56,236 nucleotides of DNA. Source: Eubacteriales bacterium (lineage in GTDB: Bacteria > Bacillota > Clostridia > Oscillospirales > CAG-272). Both the position numbers and the translations under genes were made by a program. The notes beneath the pieces are model-generated. The model saw only the letters and a list, made by a program, of their open reading frames with translations. It was not told the DNA's origin and made no database searches. Location: the NCBI GenBank assembly GCA_045539995.1, contig JAZQGJ010000069.1:1-56236 (forward strand), read 5' to 3'. This document shows, one piece after another, positions 54,465-56,236 of the stretch (position 1 is its first letter; every line of letters begins with the position of its first letter).

Positions 54465-55376
54465 TTAAAATTTCAGCTTGGAATGATTTCCCGTAGTGCG
54501 CAGGAATTCGTGAATTACCCAACGGGTGCGCTCGTAGACCTTCTCTTGCGCATACGCAATATCGCCCGGCTTTTCCTCAAGCGCAAATTCGTACGGCTGA
54601 CGGATCTCCGTCGCGACGTTAATCTTTGCAATACCGTTCGCGATAGCCTCTAAAATATAGCTCTGCTTTATTCCGCTTCCACCGTGAAGAACGAGGGGCA
54701 TTCCTCCCGTCGCTTCAAAAAGAGTAGCGATATGCTGGATATCGAGGCGAGCCTCAGGCTTCTTCAAATGCTTCGTCGAAGCAGCTATAGCGCCGTGGAA
54801 GCTTCCTGCCGCAACGCTTAACCAGTCGCATCCCGATTCCTTTGCAAATACTGCCGCTTCTTCGGGTACTGTAAAGCCCTTCTTCGTAGTGAAAAGCTCC
54901 TCGTAGCTTAAGCCTATACCGCTTCCCTCGTGTCCCGAAACTGCGCCAAGCTCTGCTTCAACAGCGGCGCCGAACGAATGCGCAAGCTCTGACGCCTTGG
55001 CAGTCGCTTCAATATTTTCCGAAAGAGAAAGACGGGAAGCGTCAACCATAACCGACTGATAGCCAGCGTCAAGCGCGCGCTTCAAAAGCTCGATATAGTC
55101 AACCTTCAACTGATCCTCGTCGATTACGGGAACGTGGTCGAGGTGCAAAAGCGTATAGCCCTCCTTGCAGTGCTTGAAGTATTCCTTCGCAACTGCTTCG
55201 GGGCTCTGTGACTCAAACTTCTCCCACTCAAGACGGGCAACCTGCACCATAGCGATAGAATCCTCGTCCATAATCGCCTGTGTAACGGGCTCCACCATGG
55301 GAAGATAGGGAATGTTGAATGCGGGAATGATTGTGCGGGCGTCAAGAGATGCGCGAACGATTTTTGCTGAACTCAT
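54465..55376 (-). CDS. class II ketose-bisphosphate aldolase (FBA/tagatose-bisphosphate aldolase family)
   Basis: 303 aa. LHLDH, VEAELG, GSFHG and LVLHGGSG zinc/phosphate-binding blocks. Confidence 0.8.
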   Translation of the reverse strand: MSSAKIVRASLDARTIIPAFNIPYLPMVEPVTQAIMDEDSIAMVQVARLEWEKFESQSPEAVAKEYFKHCKEGYTLLHLDHVPVIDEDQLKVDYIELLKRALDAGYQSVMVDASRLSLSENIEATAKASELAHSFGAAVEAELGAVSGHEGSGIGLSYEELFTTKKGFTVPEEAAVFAKESGCDWLSVAAGSFHGAIAASTKHLKKPEARLDIQHIATLFEATGGMPLVLHGGSGIKQSYILEAIANGIAKINVATEIRQPYEFALEEKPGDIAYAQEKVYERTRWVIHEFLRTTGNHSKLKF

Positions 55377-55399
55377 ATTAAAATCCTCTCAAAATTGTA

Positions 55400-56236
55400 T
55401 TATTGATGTAAACGGCGATATGCAGTCGCCGATTTTCCCTCTGTTTGCTGGAATATACGCGAAAAATGACCGTAGTCGGAAAAGCCTACCGCATAAGCGA
55501 TAGCCCCGACGGAAAGATCGGTTTCTCGCAGCATTTTACACGCATGGGCTATTCGCTGATTTCTTATGTAGGTCGCAATGCTACAGCCCAAATACTCCTT
55601 TGCGATACTGTAAAGGCGCGTTCGCTTGATGTGAAACTCCGAGCAAATATCGCCGACGTTAATATTCTTGTCAAGGTTCGCCTCTATAAAGCTATCCATA
55701 TGGCGTATAAATTCACTCTTGGCAGGCGTTACCCATTGGTTCGAAAGCAGGTATGAAACCAATGCGTTCAGTATAGTAACCGTCGCCTCAAATTCAACCG
55801 AGCGTTTAATCGGAATTGCGTCGATAGCCTCGTGAATTCCCGACAGACTCGAATTCTCAAAGCGTCGGTGAAGCTCCTCTCGCATAAGAGTCGCTCCCTC
55901 CTGCATAAGAACCTGTCCGAACATAACGAAGCCTAAAACTCCATTAGTGTCATATATGGGAACGATAGCCTCCGAAAGCCCTAAATGACAACGATAGTTT
56001 ACATTTTGCTTTGCCTTTGAGCATAATCTGAAGTTTTCTCTGTCGCAGTCTGTGCAGCGCTTATCCAACGTCTCGTCTTTTTCGATGAGGGTGCAGAATT
56101 TACTCTTCTTTTCGGGGTAGGCAAGTAAAATTTCTCCGTCCTTATCGAACAAAACTATTCTTATATTAGTCAGCGTATAAAAGTCCCTGAATGTCTTGTA
56201 TAGATTAGACATATCCATATTAAGCATATCAATCAC
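55400..56236 (-). CDS. PocR-sensor + AraC-family HTH transcriptional regulator (runs to the window edge, N-terminus may be incomplete)
   Basis: 278+ aa. The N-terminal PocR-like Cys-rich domain (CTLIEKDETLDKRCTDCD..CH) precedes a C-terminal AraC HTH (SIATYIRNQRIAHACKMLRETDLSVGAIAYAVGFSDYGHFSRIFQ). Confidence 0.75.
   Translation of the reverse strand: MIDMLNMDMSNLYKTFRDFYTLTNIRIVLFDKDGEILLAYPEKKSKFCTLIEKDETLDKRCTDCDRENFRLCSKAKQNVNYRCHLGLSEAIVPIYDTNGVLGFVMFGQVLMQEGATLMREELHRRFENSSLSGIHEAIDAIPIKRSVEFEATVTILNALVSYLLSNQWVTPAKSEFIRHMDSFIEANLDKNINVGDICSEFHIKRTRLYSIAKEYLGCSIATYIRNQRIAHACKMLRETDLSVGAIAYAVGFSDYGHFSRIFQQTEGKSATAYRRLHQ

Overview
This 56-kb window looks like a Firmicutes/Clostridia-type anaerobe chromosome. 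The evidence is T-box and lysine riboswitches, sigma-A TTGACA/TATAAT promoters, ferredoxin-dependent 2-oxoacid oxidoreductase, meso-DAP dehydrogenase and type III glutamine synthetase.

Positions 20-39144 are one uninterrupted minus-strand run of about 37 genes, mostly amino-acid metabolism. In order of transcription they are:
(i) three tandem xylose-isomerase-like TIM-barrel paralogs, then pncC, galT and bioY;
(ii) a YerC/TrpR-like gene heading a complete hisZGDCBHAF(IE)K operon;
(iii) an aspartate-family super-operon, lysC-dapA-dapB-ddh-lysA-coaW-metY-metA;
(iv) three consecutive promoter + T-box modules. By a structural rule that holds in all three, I read their specifier codons as AUC (Ile), GUA (Val) and CUC (Leu).

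The T-box modules do not control aaRS or ilv/leu genes. They control two paralogous XRE-HTH+cupin+acyl-CoA-synthetase fusion proteins, a P-loop ATPase, a four-subunit 2-oxoacid:ferredoxin oxidoreductase and ilvE. The Leu module controls a catalytically degenerate LeuA-like protein, a TIM-barrel::acyl-CoA-ligase fusion, an amidohydrolase and a stand-alone trpB. I consider this the most interesting system in the window. It is a candidate T-box-gated route from branched-chain fatty acids to branched-chain amino acids by reductive carboxylation.

The right part holds pfkB/fruK, type III glutamine synthetase, a DEDDh exonuclease and a lysine-riboswitch-controlled NhaC-family transporter. tRNA-Ser(GCU) follows. 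Next to it is an accessory region: an HTH-Mod-Res Type III restriction-modification cassette bracketed by perfect 57-bp direct repeats, with no recombinase. The window ends with a few orphan genes, a GTGAAGTT repeat array, and an FGGY kinase / class II aldolase / PocR-AraC sugar cluster.

No CRISPR array, rRNA or transposase was seen.
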